Positions 27,269 through 35,797 are shown, counted from the stretch's first letter. The stretch is DNA of 37,897 nucleotides from a virus (IMGVR_UViG_3300035670_000628:1-37897); one strand, 5' to 3'. Numbers and translations are program-made. The notes: generated by a model from the letters alone, not told the origin.

Positions 27269-27406
27269 ATGACTATTACAACAGCAACTTGGATTTCTTC
27301 TGGCATTATTTTTGTTGCCATTATGTCATTTTCTCTTTATTTGAATTATCGATTAGATAAGATGATAAAGATGCTTGACAGTATGATTATCGACCGACCT
27401 GAATAA
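27269..27406 (+). CDS. 45-aa single-TM protein
   Basis: MTITTATWISSGIIFVAIMSFSLYLNYRLDK...; abuts the previous stop and ends at a terminator. Confidence 0.6.
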   Translation: MTITTATWISSGIIFVAIMSFSLYLNYRLDKMIKMLDSMIIDRPE

Positions 27407-27410
27407 TCTT

Positions 27411-27443
27411 CAATCCCATCGAAATCGATGGGATTGTGTTTTT
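27411..27443 (+). terminator. intrinsic terminator
   Basis: CAATCCCATCGA/TCGATGGGATTG plus T-rich tail. Confidence 0.75.
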
Positions 27444-27458
27444 AAGGTAAAATAAATT

Positions 27459-27782
27459 ATGACTGAACGTGAATGGGTTGACAAGATAAAAAAAGAATGT
27501 GTCTTGAATGTTGGCAATTTCGACACTAGATATGCAATTCAGTTAGTTGGGAGAAGTGGTAGCAAGATTGGCATTGTTTCTCTCAATAAGCAATTTATGA
27601 GTGTTGATATAATTGACAAACATAAATATGAGCGTTTTTATGATAAATTTTATTCTAGAAATGATAAAGATAAAAGAGAACCCTTAAGGATTGATTATCA
27701 TATAGAACATAATATTGGCAAAAATGGTTTTAAGGAATTATGGGATTTCTATTATAAGAAAGTGAAGTCTAGAGTAAAATAA
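27459..27782 (+). CDS. hypothetical protein
   Basis: 107 aa; TAAAAT 5 nt upstream of ATG. Confidence 0.65.
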   Translation: MTEREWVDKIKKECVLNVGNFDTRYAIQLVGRSGSKIGIVSLNKQFMSVDIIDKHKYERFYDKFYSRNDKDKREPLRIDYHIEHNIGKNGFKELWDFYYKKVKSRVK

Positions 27783-27797
27783 TTTAGGAGAATTATT

Positions 27798-28061
27798 ATG
27801 GACAGTGCAAGTTGGATTGGACTTATTTTTGGTATTCTTGTGTCAGTTTGGGCTAATAAAAGAGGATACGCTTGGTGGGCCTTTATTTTAGCCAGTCCTA
27901 TTGTTGGTGCTATTGCTTTGGGAATCTTGCCTAATTTATCTGAGCCTGGTAAAGAATTCGACAATAAAGAAGAACTAGTGCGAAAAGGCAATATGACAGG
28001 TCTTTGGATTTCTGGTCTCACTATTGGTTTCTTAATGCTTATTGGAGCAATTAGCAAGTAA
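27798..28061 (+). CDS. small multi-TM membrane protein
   Basis: Three hydrophobic helices; WANKRG..WW...SPIVG...LP; AGGAG SD. Confidence 0.7.
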   Translation: MDSASWIGLIFGILVSVWANKRGYAWWAFILASPIVGAIALGILPNLSEPGKEFDNKEELVRKGNMTGLWISGLTIGFLMLIGAISK

Positions 28062-28666
28062 TGGATCACAAAGAACAACTTATCACTAATGGATATACAA
28101 TTATTGATAATGTATTGCCATTAGATTTAGCCTTATCAATTAATGAGGCTTATAAAAATAATTCTGAGTGGGAAATAATGGATCAGGTTAGACCAGACCA
28201 TTATGGACATGTTTTCAAGAGTGAGAATCCAAATTTACCTCAAGAGGGTGAAATTTATACTGCTAAATTTAAACGTTCTGATTATTTGAGAAATTCTGAG
28301 ATTGTCAAGAAAGCTTTTGATGAATATTTTGTTCCTATGTTGAAAGATTTATCTCCATTTCCAGTAGATGAATTTGACATTAGGTGTTATAAGTTAGATG
28401 CTGGAGATCATTACAGAACTCACTATGATGGTTATGCTGGTAAAATTAACATCATTTATTATGTGAATGATGCTTGGAGATGGGATTGGGGAGGTATTTT
28501 GAATGTATTATCCTCTAATGACCCTGATTATTGTTATCCTATTTTTCCAAAATTTAATAGGGTGGTGTTATTAAACAATCAAAGTTTTTCTGCTCCACAT
28601 TTTGTGAGTTCAGTAGAGAATTATTCAGCTAACCCAAGATTTAGTATAGTATCTTTCAATAAATAA
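28061..28666 (+). CDS. 2OG-Fe(II) oxygenase (prolyl-hydroxylase-like)
   Basis: HYD...YYVN..W..DWGG.L...PKFNRVVL...PHFVS...RFSI. Confidence 0.88.
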   Translation: MDHKEQLITNGYTIIDNVLPLDLALSINEAYKNNSEWEIMDQVRPDHYGHVFKSENPNLPQEGEIYTAKFKRSDYLRNSEIVKKAFDEYFVPMLKDLSPFPVDEFDIRCYKLDAGDHYRTHYDGYAGKINIIYYVNDAWRWDWGGILNVLSSNDPDYCYPIFPKFNRVVLLNNQSFSAPHFVSSVENYSANPRFSIVSFNK

Positions 28667-28694
28667 AAAAGGGGAGAATTTTCTCCCCTTTTTT
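28665..28694. terminator. bidirectional intrinsic terminator
   Basis: A-run, GGGGAGAA-TT-TTCTCCCC, T-run between convergent genes. Confidence 0.85.
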
Positions 28695-29100
28695 AGTCTT
28701 CGAATTGTTGGTCATATCCATCTTCATCAGGTAAAAGAATATTCAAATCTTCGTCTGCTGAAAAATGACAATATGATAAATCTGAATGAGCGATCAATAA
28801 TTTCATAAAAGTTTGATAAAGAGATGGATCTGTGCTATATGGTGTAAAATACTGTAAAACTTTATCATAATTAACAAGAATGAATGGTTTATCATTCAAG
28901 CTAACAATATAAAATCTATTTAAATTTGTTTCAATAAAATGTCCTTGTAAACCAGGGACATTTTTCTTTAACATTTCCCAATCAGCTCCAATATTGTTTT
29001 GAATTTGAAAGATTTTTCTACCAAAATCTTTGAGGTTAAATATATCTTGGACTGGGAATGAGGTTTTTCTTGGTAAATTATATATATCAATTATTTTCAT
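28693..29100 (-). CDS. hypothetical protein
   Basis: Start MKIID at 29100 follows GGTATAAT; the longer track ORF overlaps the divergent gene. Confidence 0.6.
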   Translation of the reverse strand: MKIIDIYNLPRKTSFPVQDIFNLKDFGRKIFQIQNNIGADWEMLKKNVPGLQGHFIETNLNRFYIVSLNDKPFILVNYDKVLQYFTPYSTDPSLYQTFMKLLIAHSDLSYCHFSADEDLNILLPDEDGYDQQFED

Positions 29101-29139
29101 CTTATTTGCATTATACCTGAAGTGTGGTATGCTATCCGT

Positions 29140-29319
29140 ATGAAACACAAGATTACAATTATTGATGAGAATTTTGAGGAGAAGAGCCTTGAAATGACTT
29201 ATGCTCAATTGAAAGAATTGAATCGATGGTTGAATATTTATTTGAACACTGGCAAAACAATTGAATATAAAATTGAAAAATCAAAGAAAAAAATTGAAAA
29301 CGTTAGTGCGCAGATGTAA
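29140..29319 (+). CDS. hypothetical protein
   Basis: MKHKITIID...; TGTGGTATGCT 6 nt upstream of ATG. Confidence 0.6.
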   Translation: MKHKITIIDENFEEKSLEMTYAQLKELNRWLNIYLNTGKTIEYKIEKSKKKIENVSAQM

Positions 29320-29350
29320 AGTTGTGGTATAATAGATATGTAAATGTTTT

Positions 29351-29425
29351 GCACCAGTAACTCAGTCGGATTAGAGTAGCAGGTTTCTACCCTGTTTGTC
29401 GGGGGTTCGAGTCCCTCCTGGTGTA
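29351..29425 (+). tRNA. trnR: tRNA-Arg(UCU)
   Basis: GCACCAG/CTGGTGT; GCAGG-TTTCTAC-CCTGT; A20 identity base; TGTGGTATAAT upstream. Confidence 0.9.
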
Positions 29426-29452
29426 TCAAAGGTTCGAATAAAATGAACCTAG

Positions 29453-29497
29453 AATAACCTTAGTGTGATATAATTCATTTATCACACTGAGGTTATT
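29453..29497 (+). promoter_or_regulatory. 18-bp inverted repeat containing an extended -10 element
   Basis: AATAACCTTAGTGTGATA / TATCACACTGAGGTTATT (one T.G); TGTGATATAAT at 29464-29474. Confidence 0.6.
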
Positions 29498-29502
29498 TTA
29501 TT

Positions 29503-30123
29503 ATGCATCACACAAAAGACAAGGGTGATATTGCCCTTATGAAAACTACTCTAGACCTAACTCTCAAAGGTTATAATATTTTTCTTCCCATTTCAGAACA
29601 TCTTCCATTTGATTTCATAGCCTACAAAGACGGCAAATGTTTTAGAATGCAAGCAAAATATTCTACTGGTGGAAAAGTTAATAATTCAACTTATTCTGGA
29701 AATAAAACCACAAAGCATTACGCCAAAGATGATTTTGATTATTATGCAGTCTATTTACCTGAAATTGACAAATGTATATACCCTTCAATAGATTATGCTG
29801 GGGCTGTTTTCAGATTTACAAAATGTAATTCAGCTACTCCTTTTTATTGGTATGAGGATTTTTTAGAATTCACTGACAATGCTCAAAAGAAAAATTACAG
29901 AGATATGAATTGGACTATAGACATTTTGTCAACTGAAAATATTCTAAATAAACATCTCAAAAGAAGAAAAGTTGAACGACCGCCTTTAGAAGAAATAATT
30001 AAACTTGTTGAAGAAAAAGGGTATTCAGAAACAGGCAGGATGTTTGGTGTAAGTGATAATGCTGTTAGAAAATGGATCAAGTTTGGAAAGCAGTATGAGT
30101 TAAAGGACTCAGAAAGATCATAA
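29503..30123 (+). CDS. free-standing PD-(D/E)XK homing endonuclease-like protein (I-Ssp6803I/PDDEXK_5 type) with C-terminal HTH
   Basis: TKDKGDIA, PISEHLPFDFIA, RMQAKY, Y..DDFDYYAVY; C-terminal TGRMFGVSDNAVRKW. Confidence 0.85.
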   Translation: MHHTKDKGDIALMKTTLDLTLKGYNIFLPISEHLPFDFIAYKDGKCFRMQAKYSTGGKVNNSTYSGNKTTKHYAKDDFDYYAVYLPEIDKCIYPSIDYAGAVFRFTKCNSATPFYWYEDFLEFTDNAQKKNYRDMNWTIDILSTENILNKHLKRRKVERPPLEEIIKLVEEKGYSETGRMFGVSDNAVRKWIKFGKQYELKDSERS

Positions 30124-30148
30124 GATAAGCACCCAGAATAAATTAATT

Positions 30149-30526
30149 ATGTGGTATCGAATTTCAGCAAAGAAAAAAGTTAGTTTAGTGATTGTGTTTA
30201 ATGGTGAAAAAGTTTTGCTAGGTGAAAAATCTTCTGGCTATGAAATTCCTGGTGGGCACGTTGATTATTTGGAAGATGAGAAAGATTGTGCAAGAAGGGA
30301 ATTGGAAGAAGAGACTAACTTAAAGATATCTAAAATTCATCATTTGCGCACTATGGATATGCCAGACAAGATTGTGAATGTTTATTACACAAAGGATTAT
30401 TCTGGTGATCTTTTAGCTGGTGATGATTTAGTTGGTGTAAGTTGGCATAATGTAAATAATCTTCCAAAAATAAAATTCAATGGTGCAGAATTAATTCAAG
30501 AAGCATATAAAAAAAGCTCCCAATAG
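30149..30526 (+). CDS. Nudix hydrolase with MWY leader
   Basis: PGGHVDYLEDEKDCARRELEEETNL Nudix box. Confidence 0.9.
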   Translation: MWYRISAKKKVSLVIVFNGEKVLLGEKSSGYEIPGGHVDYLEDEKDCARRELEEETNLKISKIHHLRTMDMPDKIVNVYYTKDYSGDLLAGDDLVGVSWHNVNNLPKIKFNGAELIQEAYKKSSQ

Positions 30527-30537
30527 GGAGCTTTTTT
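30509..30537. terminator. bidirectional intrinsic terminator
   Basis: A-run, GCTCCC-AATA-GGGAGC, T-run. Confidence 0.85.
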
Positions 30538-30539
30538 AT

Positions 30540-31547
30540 TTACAGTGAAATATGTTTGTATCCAGATTGTTCTAAATATTGTAAATACAATCTGCCATCA
30601 AATCCTCTTTGTTCACCTTCCCAAATAGTTTTTTCTACAAGAGTTTCTCTCCATTTTTTATAATTTGGACAATCCCAATCAAACCAATCATTTTCAAGAA
30701 GTTTAAAATTCATAATAGTTTGTTGTGTTGATGATGAGAATGGAAAAACAAAAAATTTGAAGTTTAGATCATAACTTTGGCTTTTTGTATTGAAGTATAG
30801 TTTATTTCCTAAGGCTGCTTGAGCTGTATCTAAATGATTGAACATTTTTTCGTCAGCAAATATAAAATACCAAAGAGCTTCACAAGTAAGTCCGAAATAA
30901 CTTCCTTTGCCTCTCTCTGTTCTTTTTTTGAAAATTTCATCTTTTGTCAATCCATGAAGATGTGGATGATATTTTAATATATCAGAATAAAACCAATCAG
31001 GTTTTTCTTGTTTTTCAAAAGCTTCATAAAGTGCTTCATCATCATGAAGTTTAATCATATTTTCATAAAATGATTTTGGTTTTTCTCTAATTTTTTCTCT
31101 TGATGCAAAAAATATAACACCAGGGTAGCACATAAATAGTGATTTTGGGGTGTTGTAAAGATTGTGTAGTTTGAATCCAAGAATTTCTAAAAGCAAACCA
31201 CATGGATGACACATTACCCAGTCAGTTGTATATTGATTGTATAGAGATCTTGCATAAGCAAAAGTTCCAAATCCAGACTTAAGGGTTGATTCAAAAGCTA
31301 TTAATGGTTCATGAACATGGTCATCTGGAATAGCTTGTGTGAAAATTGTATATTCTGGAAGATTATCGTAATTATCTACAATCCAAGTGTTGTAAATCCA
31401 TTCTATTCCCTGTTTATTAGAAATTGGAACATCACCTGGTTCTGGATTGCCACCAACATGATATACGGTTTTGGGATGATTTAATTTGTTGATAAATACA
31501 TCTCTATCTTCTTTACAATGCACAATTACAAAATGTTTATCTTGCAT
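30540..31547 (-). CDS. DUF3431-like (glycosyltransferase-like) protein
   Basis: N..G.E...Y..WIVDNYDNLPEYTIFTQ..P.DH; PGVIFFASREKIREKPKSFY; E.LW.FIF. Confidence 0.7.
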   Translation of the reverse strand: MQDKHFVIVHCKEDRDVFINKLNHPKTVYHVGGNPEPGDVPISNKQGIEWIYNTWIVDNYDNLPEYTIFTQAIPDDHVHEPLIAFESTLKSGFGTFAYARSLYNQYTTDWVMCHPCGLLLEILGFKLHNLYNTPKSLFMCYPGVIFFASREKIREKPKSFYENMIKLHDDEALYEAFEKQEKPDWFYSDILKYHPHLHGLTKDEIFKKRTERGKGSYFGLTCEALWYFIFADEKMFNHLDTAQAALGNKLYFNTKSQSYDLNFKFFVFPFSSSTQQTIMNFKLLENDWFDWDCPNYKKWRETLVEKTIWEGEQRGFDGRLYLQYLEQSGYKHISL

Positions 31548-31608
31548 TTTTTACCTCAAAAGAATTATACGCAGAATAAATAGAATATAACTTTTGGAGG
31601 GTATTTAT

Positions 31609-31716
31609 ATGAAGAATAAGTTATCACCAATGGAGTTGATAATTTGTGTAATGGCTGTATTGACATTATTAGCAATTTTCATTCCAATATTTTATTTAGC
31701 ATGGTCAAGTTATTAA
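31609..31716 (+). CDS. 35-aa prepilin-like single-TM peptide
   Basis: MKNKLSPMELIICVMAVLTLLAIFIPIFYLAWSSY; GGAGG SD. Confidence 0.6.
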   Translation: MKNKLSPMELIICVMAVLTLLAIFIPIFYLAWSSY

Positions 31717-32297
31717 TAAATATATTAGAAAAGTTTTTTTCATCTAACAGACATTTTGGGAATATAAGAACAAAGCACGAAATGTCTGCACCTTTAGAGT
31801 GGAAAGAAAGTTTTTGGGATAAACTTAAAAAAGATAAATTGTTCTCTCCTATCGACCTTCATAATAGAGAAAATTTTAAAGAAATAAGAATTAAGATTGG
31901 TAAGAAGTTTATTGTGCTTGCTATTAATATATTTTTGTTTTCTTTTACCTTTAATATCATAAAAGATTCATATAATATAATTCGGGCTGATTATTTATTA
32001 TTGAATAGTTCAAAGATAGATTTTTCTAAAGATTTACCTGAAAATTTTAAGAAAGACGAGCAAGACAAAATTAGATCTTTGAGTAGATATATTCAGAAAA
32101 AAGATATATTAAATATTGCAAAAACCACAGCAGAATTATCTATATATGCCAAATGGAAAGAATATTTTATTAACGACAGAAAACAAAAGTTTATTCAAGA
32201 AAATCAAGATGCAATTAAGGGCAATTTATTTTCTTTTTTGAATAATTTATTTATTTTGTATTTGATATTGAAGAAAAAGATTACTCGTCAACAATAG
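31701..32297 (+). CDS. hypothetical membrane protein
   Basis: Two hydrophobic segments; start uncertain (31701 or 31782). Confidence 0.55.
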   Translation: MVKLLINILEKFFSSNRHFGNIRTKHEMSAPLEWKESFWDKLKKDKLFSPIDLHNRENFKEIRIKIGKKFIVLAINIFLFSFTFNIIKDSYNIIRADYLLLNSSKIDFSKDLPENFKKDEQDKIRSLSRYIQKKDILNIAKTTAELSIYAKWKEYFINDRKQKFIQENQDAIKGNLFSFLNNLFILYLILKKKITRQQ

Positions 32298-32652
32298 AAT
32301 AAGAAATGCAAGTGGTAGGAGATCCAAAACCTTGCAAATATCTCACTTTGACAGATTCTACAAACCTGCTTGTGTCATCAGGAATTATTTCTGCTCTTAC
32401 TAGTAGATCAACAATAGGTTTCACAATATTGTCTGGATCGCTTTTCATTTTCCATTGATAATCAGCAAGAATAAGAATTTCTATTTCTATTGGATATTTT
32501 GTTGCTGGTAATAAATTTTCTTTAATGATTAAGATGTTTTTTTGGATCCAATCATTGTATTTTTTGCTTTTCATCATTTTTCCACGAGCTATTGGGGTGT
32601 ACATTTTGTTTGCGGAAAATGGTTCTTGGATAGTGCAAGATTTTTTAAGCAT
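32281..32652 (-). CDS. rusA: RusA-family Holliday junction resolvase
   Basis: PFSANKMY, SDPDNIVKPIVDLLVRAEIIPDD; ATG 32652 preferred. Confidence 0.85.
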   Translation of the reverse strand: MLKKSCTIQEPFSANKMYTPIARGKMMKSKKYNDWIQKNILIIKENLLPATKYPIEIEILILADYQWKMKSDPDNIVKPIVDLLVRAEIIPDDTSRFVESVKVRYLQGFGSPTTCISYSIVDE

Positions 32653-32736
32653 AGAAGATTTGTACAGAATAGAAAGGTGATAGATCAAAAATTTTGTAAA
32701 AAAATATTTATCCCCCTTTGCAAAGGAAAACAAAAA

Positions 32737-33462
32737 ATGAATAGAAAAACAATTGTAGCTTCATTGAGCAAGATTGCAAACGAGCTTGACAATTCAGGCT
32801 TATTTAATGAAGCTAATGAAATTACTAATATTATGGTAAAAGTTAGCCAAGCAGATGCACCTTGGTTAGCAAAACCTTCCGCTGAAACTTCAAAAGCAAG
32901 TATGCCAGCTAATGAAGTTGTTTACAAAGTTTTATCAGAAATGTTTGGCAGAGATTATAACAAAGATAAAGATTTACAAACAAAAATTAGAAATAATAAT
33001 CAAGAAATTAGAGAAAGAATCGATGAAGTTGCTGGAGAAAATTCTGCAAAAGCTCAACAGAGACTTACTGATTTTATGAATAAATCTAAATGGCATTCTG
33101 AGGCAAATAATCCTCCTATGTTTGGCAACAAAGGTGGAGCAAGCGTTTTTGATCCAATTCAAGTAAGAAACGACAGACCAATTGACAAAACTCCAGGTCA
33201 AATGGGACTTGAGAGTAAAGCTTTCCAATGGATTGCAGAAAACGGTGGTGATGGTGCTGAAAGAGCAATGAATAAAGCAAAAGCAGATAGTGCCGCAACT
33301 GGATTTCCTTCAAAGAAATTATTGAATGAAATTATAGCAATTTTGAAACCAAGAGTTGACAAATATTATAAACAACGTAAAGACATAAAGGGCACTGCAG
33401 CAGATTATTTTGGAGCCCCGATAGGAACTCGTAAAGATCCAGGTTTTGATAGTAGACCGTAG
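32737..33462 (+). CDS. hypothetical protein with helical N-terminal leader
   Basis: AAGGA upstream of ATG 32737; MNRKTIVASLSKIANELDNSGLFNEANEITNIMVKVSQ. Confidence 0.75.
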   Translation: MNRKTIVASLSKIANELDNSGLFNEANEITNIMVKVSQADAPWLAKPSAETSKASMPANEVVYKVLSEMFGRDYNKDKDLQTKIRNNNQEIRERIDEVAGENSAKAQQRLTDFMNKSKWHSEANNPPMFGNKGGASVFDPIQVRNDRPIDKTPGQMGLESKAFQWIAENGGDGAERAMNKAKADSAATGFPSKKLLNEIIAILKPRVDKYYKQRKDIKGTAADYFGAPIGTRKDPGFDSRP

Positions 33463-33475
33463 TTTTTAAGTAAAT

Positions 33476-33505
33476 AAAAAAGAACTGAGAAATCAGTTCT
33501 TTTTT
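33476..33505 (+). terminator. intrinsic terminator
   Basis: AAAAAAGAACTGA-GAAA-TCAGTTCTTTTTT. Confidence 0.8.
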
Positions 33506-33561
33506 ATTTTAAAGGTAAAAATACATTGTGAAGATGAAATAGTTATCTTGAGAACAAAATT

Positions 33562-34371
33562 ATGAATTTAAGATTTGCAGCAAATATATTCGACGATCTT
33601 GGTGATTTTGATGTGGCTGATTTTATTGATGGATTATTAATAAAACAAGCTCAAATTTCAGATGTTGATGAATATAATATGGCTGTTGATGAATATAATA
33701 AAAAACTTTATCAGCAACAGAAGCCAGCTCCGAAAGCAAATTTAAAATTAACTAAACCTTTATCATTTCCTTTGGGTGTTGAAAAAGTTACTATACCTGC
33801 AAATGTTCCAGCTTCAACTCAAGCTCCAGCCAAAGTTCAAACAAATAAAAAAATTCCTAGAGGTAATTTTGATAAATCTATTAATCTTATGCTGGGTTTA
33901 GAAGGCGGTAAAACTAACGAAGGAACAGATAGAGGTGGAAAAACAAATTACGGCATTACACAATTTACATATAATGCTTGGAATAAAAAACATAAACTTC
34001 CTATGAGGGATGTATTTAAAATTACTCCAGATATAGCTAAACAAATTTACAAAGAAGAATATTGGAATTTGATTAAAGGAGATCAATTGCCAAAGAATGT
34101 CGCTAATGCAATTCTTTCTATGGCTTTAACTGATGGTCCACAAGATTCAATAAAGTTTGTTCAAAAAATGCTTGGTGTTGAGCCTGTTTCTGGAGTTATG
34201 GGTCCTATTACATTGGGAAAAATTTTAGAAAAGACTAAAAATGGCGATGCTGATTTTGCCAGAGCTATTCTTAATAAACAAATAGACAGATACCAAAAAG
34301 ATGAGCAAGCTTCAACATATGGTAAAGGTTGGACAAATAGAGTAGAAAAAGTAAAGGACACTATTTCATAA
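33562..34371 (+). CDS. GH108-family lysozyme with peptidoglycan-binding region and N-terminal leader
   Basis: LEGG...DRGGKTNYGIT; A.QIYKEEYW; VQKMLGV...GVMGPITL; YGKGWTNRV. Confidence 0.88.
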   Translation: MNLRFAANIFDDLGDFDVADFIDGLLIKQAQISDVDEYNMAVDEYNKKLYQQQKPAPKANLKLTKPLSFPLGVEKVTIPANVPASTQAPAKVQTNKKIPRGNFDKSINLMLGLEGGKTNEGTDRGGKTNYGITQFTYNAWNKKHKLPMRDVFKITPDIAKQIYKEEYWNLIKGDQLPKNVANAILSMALTDGPQDSIKFVQKMLGVEPVSGVMGPITLGKILEKTKNGDADFARAILNKQIDRYQKDEQASTYGKGWTNRVEKVKDTIS

Positions 34372-35456
34372 TGTGGTATAAATTAGCACAACAATTAGCT
34401 CTTCCTGGATTAGATGTAGAACAATCTGCGCCAAAAACAAAAGAAAAACCAGAACATAAAGAAAAACCTGAACTTCTAGAAACACAAAAAGAACCTAAAA
34501 GTTTATTCTTTAGTGATTGGGCTAAAGATTATTACGTGCCACAAAATCCTGTATATCACGGAACAACACACGAATTTGATAAGTTTGATATTAATAAAGG
34601 TGTTTCATCTAATGCTTTTGGTCAAGGATTTTATTTCACTAGCGATGAGCAAGATGCCACTCAAAATTACACTGGCTCTGGGCCTGATCAATTAGGTAAA
34701 ATATCAGATCTACAATATCAATTAATGGACGAAAATGATGAGGACGAATATTATTTGTGGAATTTGTATGGTGATGATCCAAGATACAGCCCTTATTTCA
34801 ATGAAGATGGCACTGTAGCAAGTCTTCAATACTTAACAGAACTAATTGCAAAAAATACCGTTTTAGGTTCCAATAAGCCAAGAATAATTCCAGCTCACAT
34901 AAGAATGAAAAATCCAATTCATTTAACTTCTGAAAATGATAAAGAACATCCAGAAAAAACTTTTGTTGATGATACAGATGAATCATTAGAGTTCTTAAAT
35001 GAAAATGATGTGGATGAGTCTGATAACAATTCATACAAGACAGTTATTTCAAAACTATATAATATTTTGATAGATTATATGAATTCAGATGACGCATATC
35101 AACTTTGTGAAGATTTGATTCAATTTACAACTGGTTCTGTTGACGGTGTAGTTTCCTCGGTTATGATGATGGATAATCTCAAAGGAGCTTTAGCAACTTT
35201 TGACATTGACGAACAAACAGATTACAAGGGTGAAATTATTCAAAGATTCTTAAATTCATTAGGATTTGATAGCATTATTATGGATCCTAATCAATTTTTT
35301 AGAATGTACTCTCAAGAGAAACCAATTAAGCATTACATTACTTGGGATCCTGAAAACATAAAACACGCTAGAGAAAATATAGAGTTTGATCCAAGCAATC
35401 CTGTTATCACTGCGAAGAGTGGTAAAATTAATTTATGGAAGAATTCCTTGCTGTAG
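34371..35456 (+). CDS. ADP-ribosyltransferase-like protein (ART-PolyVal type) with MWY leader
   Basis: PVYHGT..EFDKFD...FGQGFYFTS...A..Y; GFDSII; WDPENIK...FDPSNP.I. Confidence 0.75.
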   Translation: MWYKLAQQLALPGLDVEQSAPKTKEKPEHKEKPELLETQKEPKSLFFSDWAKDYYVPQNPVYHGTTHEFDKFDINKGVSSNAFGQGFYFTSDEQDATQNYTGSGPDQLGKISDLQYQLMDENDEDEYYLWNLYGDDPRYSPYFNEDGTVASLQYLTELIAKNTVLGSNKPRIIPAHIRMKNPIHLTSENDKEHPEKTFVDDTDESLEFLNENDVDESDNNSYKTVISKLYNILIDYMNSDDAYQLCEDLIQFTTGSVDGVVSSVMMMDNLKGALATFDIDEQTDYKGEIIQRFLNSLGFDSIIMDPNQFFRMYSQEKPIKHYITWDPENIKHARENIEFDPSNPVITAKSGKINLWKNSLL

Positions 35457-35797
35457 TTTTCATCGAATGTATGATGGAAAACAATAGATGTTTTTCAGAT
35501 AAAGATTTTTATAAATTATTAAAAACCCAAAGACTAGATAAATCAAAAATAAACTTTAATGAATTGATGGAAGAATATTTATTAGAATTTGAGTTCGATA
35601 AATATGAAAAAATAGACAATATTTGGCAACCTAAAGGATCATTTGTTTCTCATAAAGCAATTTGGAACATAATTGATGAATTAGATTTGCATTTAGAAGT
35701 GGAAAATTCTTTAGGTGGATTTTACGAAACAAGTTGTGATGTAGTTCAGAAAATCAATAATTATCTTTGGTTATGTGAAAAAGAAGCCTCCCAATAA
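35435..35797 (+). CDS. hypothetical protein
   Basis: 120 aa ORF ending at a terminator. Confidence 0.6.
   Translation: MEEFLAVVFIECMMENNRCFSDKDFYKLLKTQRLDKSKINFNELMEEYLLEFEFDKYEKIDNIWQPKGSFVSHKAIWNIIDELDLHLEVENSLGGFYETSCDVVQKINNYLWLCEKEASQ

Noticed and set aside
27752-28078. Minus-strand 108-aa ORF and other short antisense ORFs in the track
   Set aside because: They overlap better-supported genes on the opposite strand and lack expression signals
29122-29139. Sixth MWY-tagged protein (track ORF MWYAIR)
   Set aside because: GTG start that reads through the promoter TGTGGTATGCT; no (K/R)xAQ; real start is probably ATG 29140
29351-29425. Amber suppressor tRNA(CUA) and stop-codon recoding
   Set aside because: The 5-bp stem and 7-nt loop place the anticodon at TCT, with Arg A20; genes ending in TAG or TGA abut terminators or next starts, and coding density is high under the standard code
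29238-29429. Minus-strand 63-aa ORF
   Set aside because: Antisense to tRNA-Arg; a typical spurious translation
32542-32736. N-terminal extension of ORF 32542..33462
   Set aside because: Overlaps rusA on the opposite strand; SD and leader motif support ATG 32737
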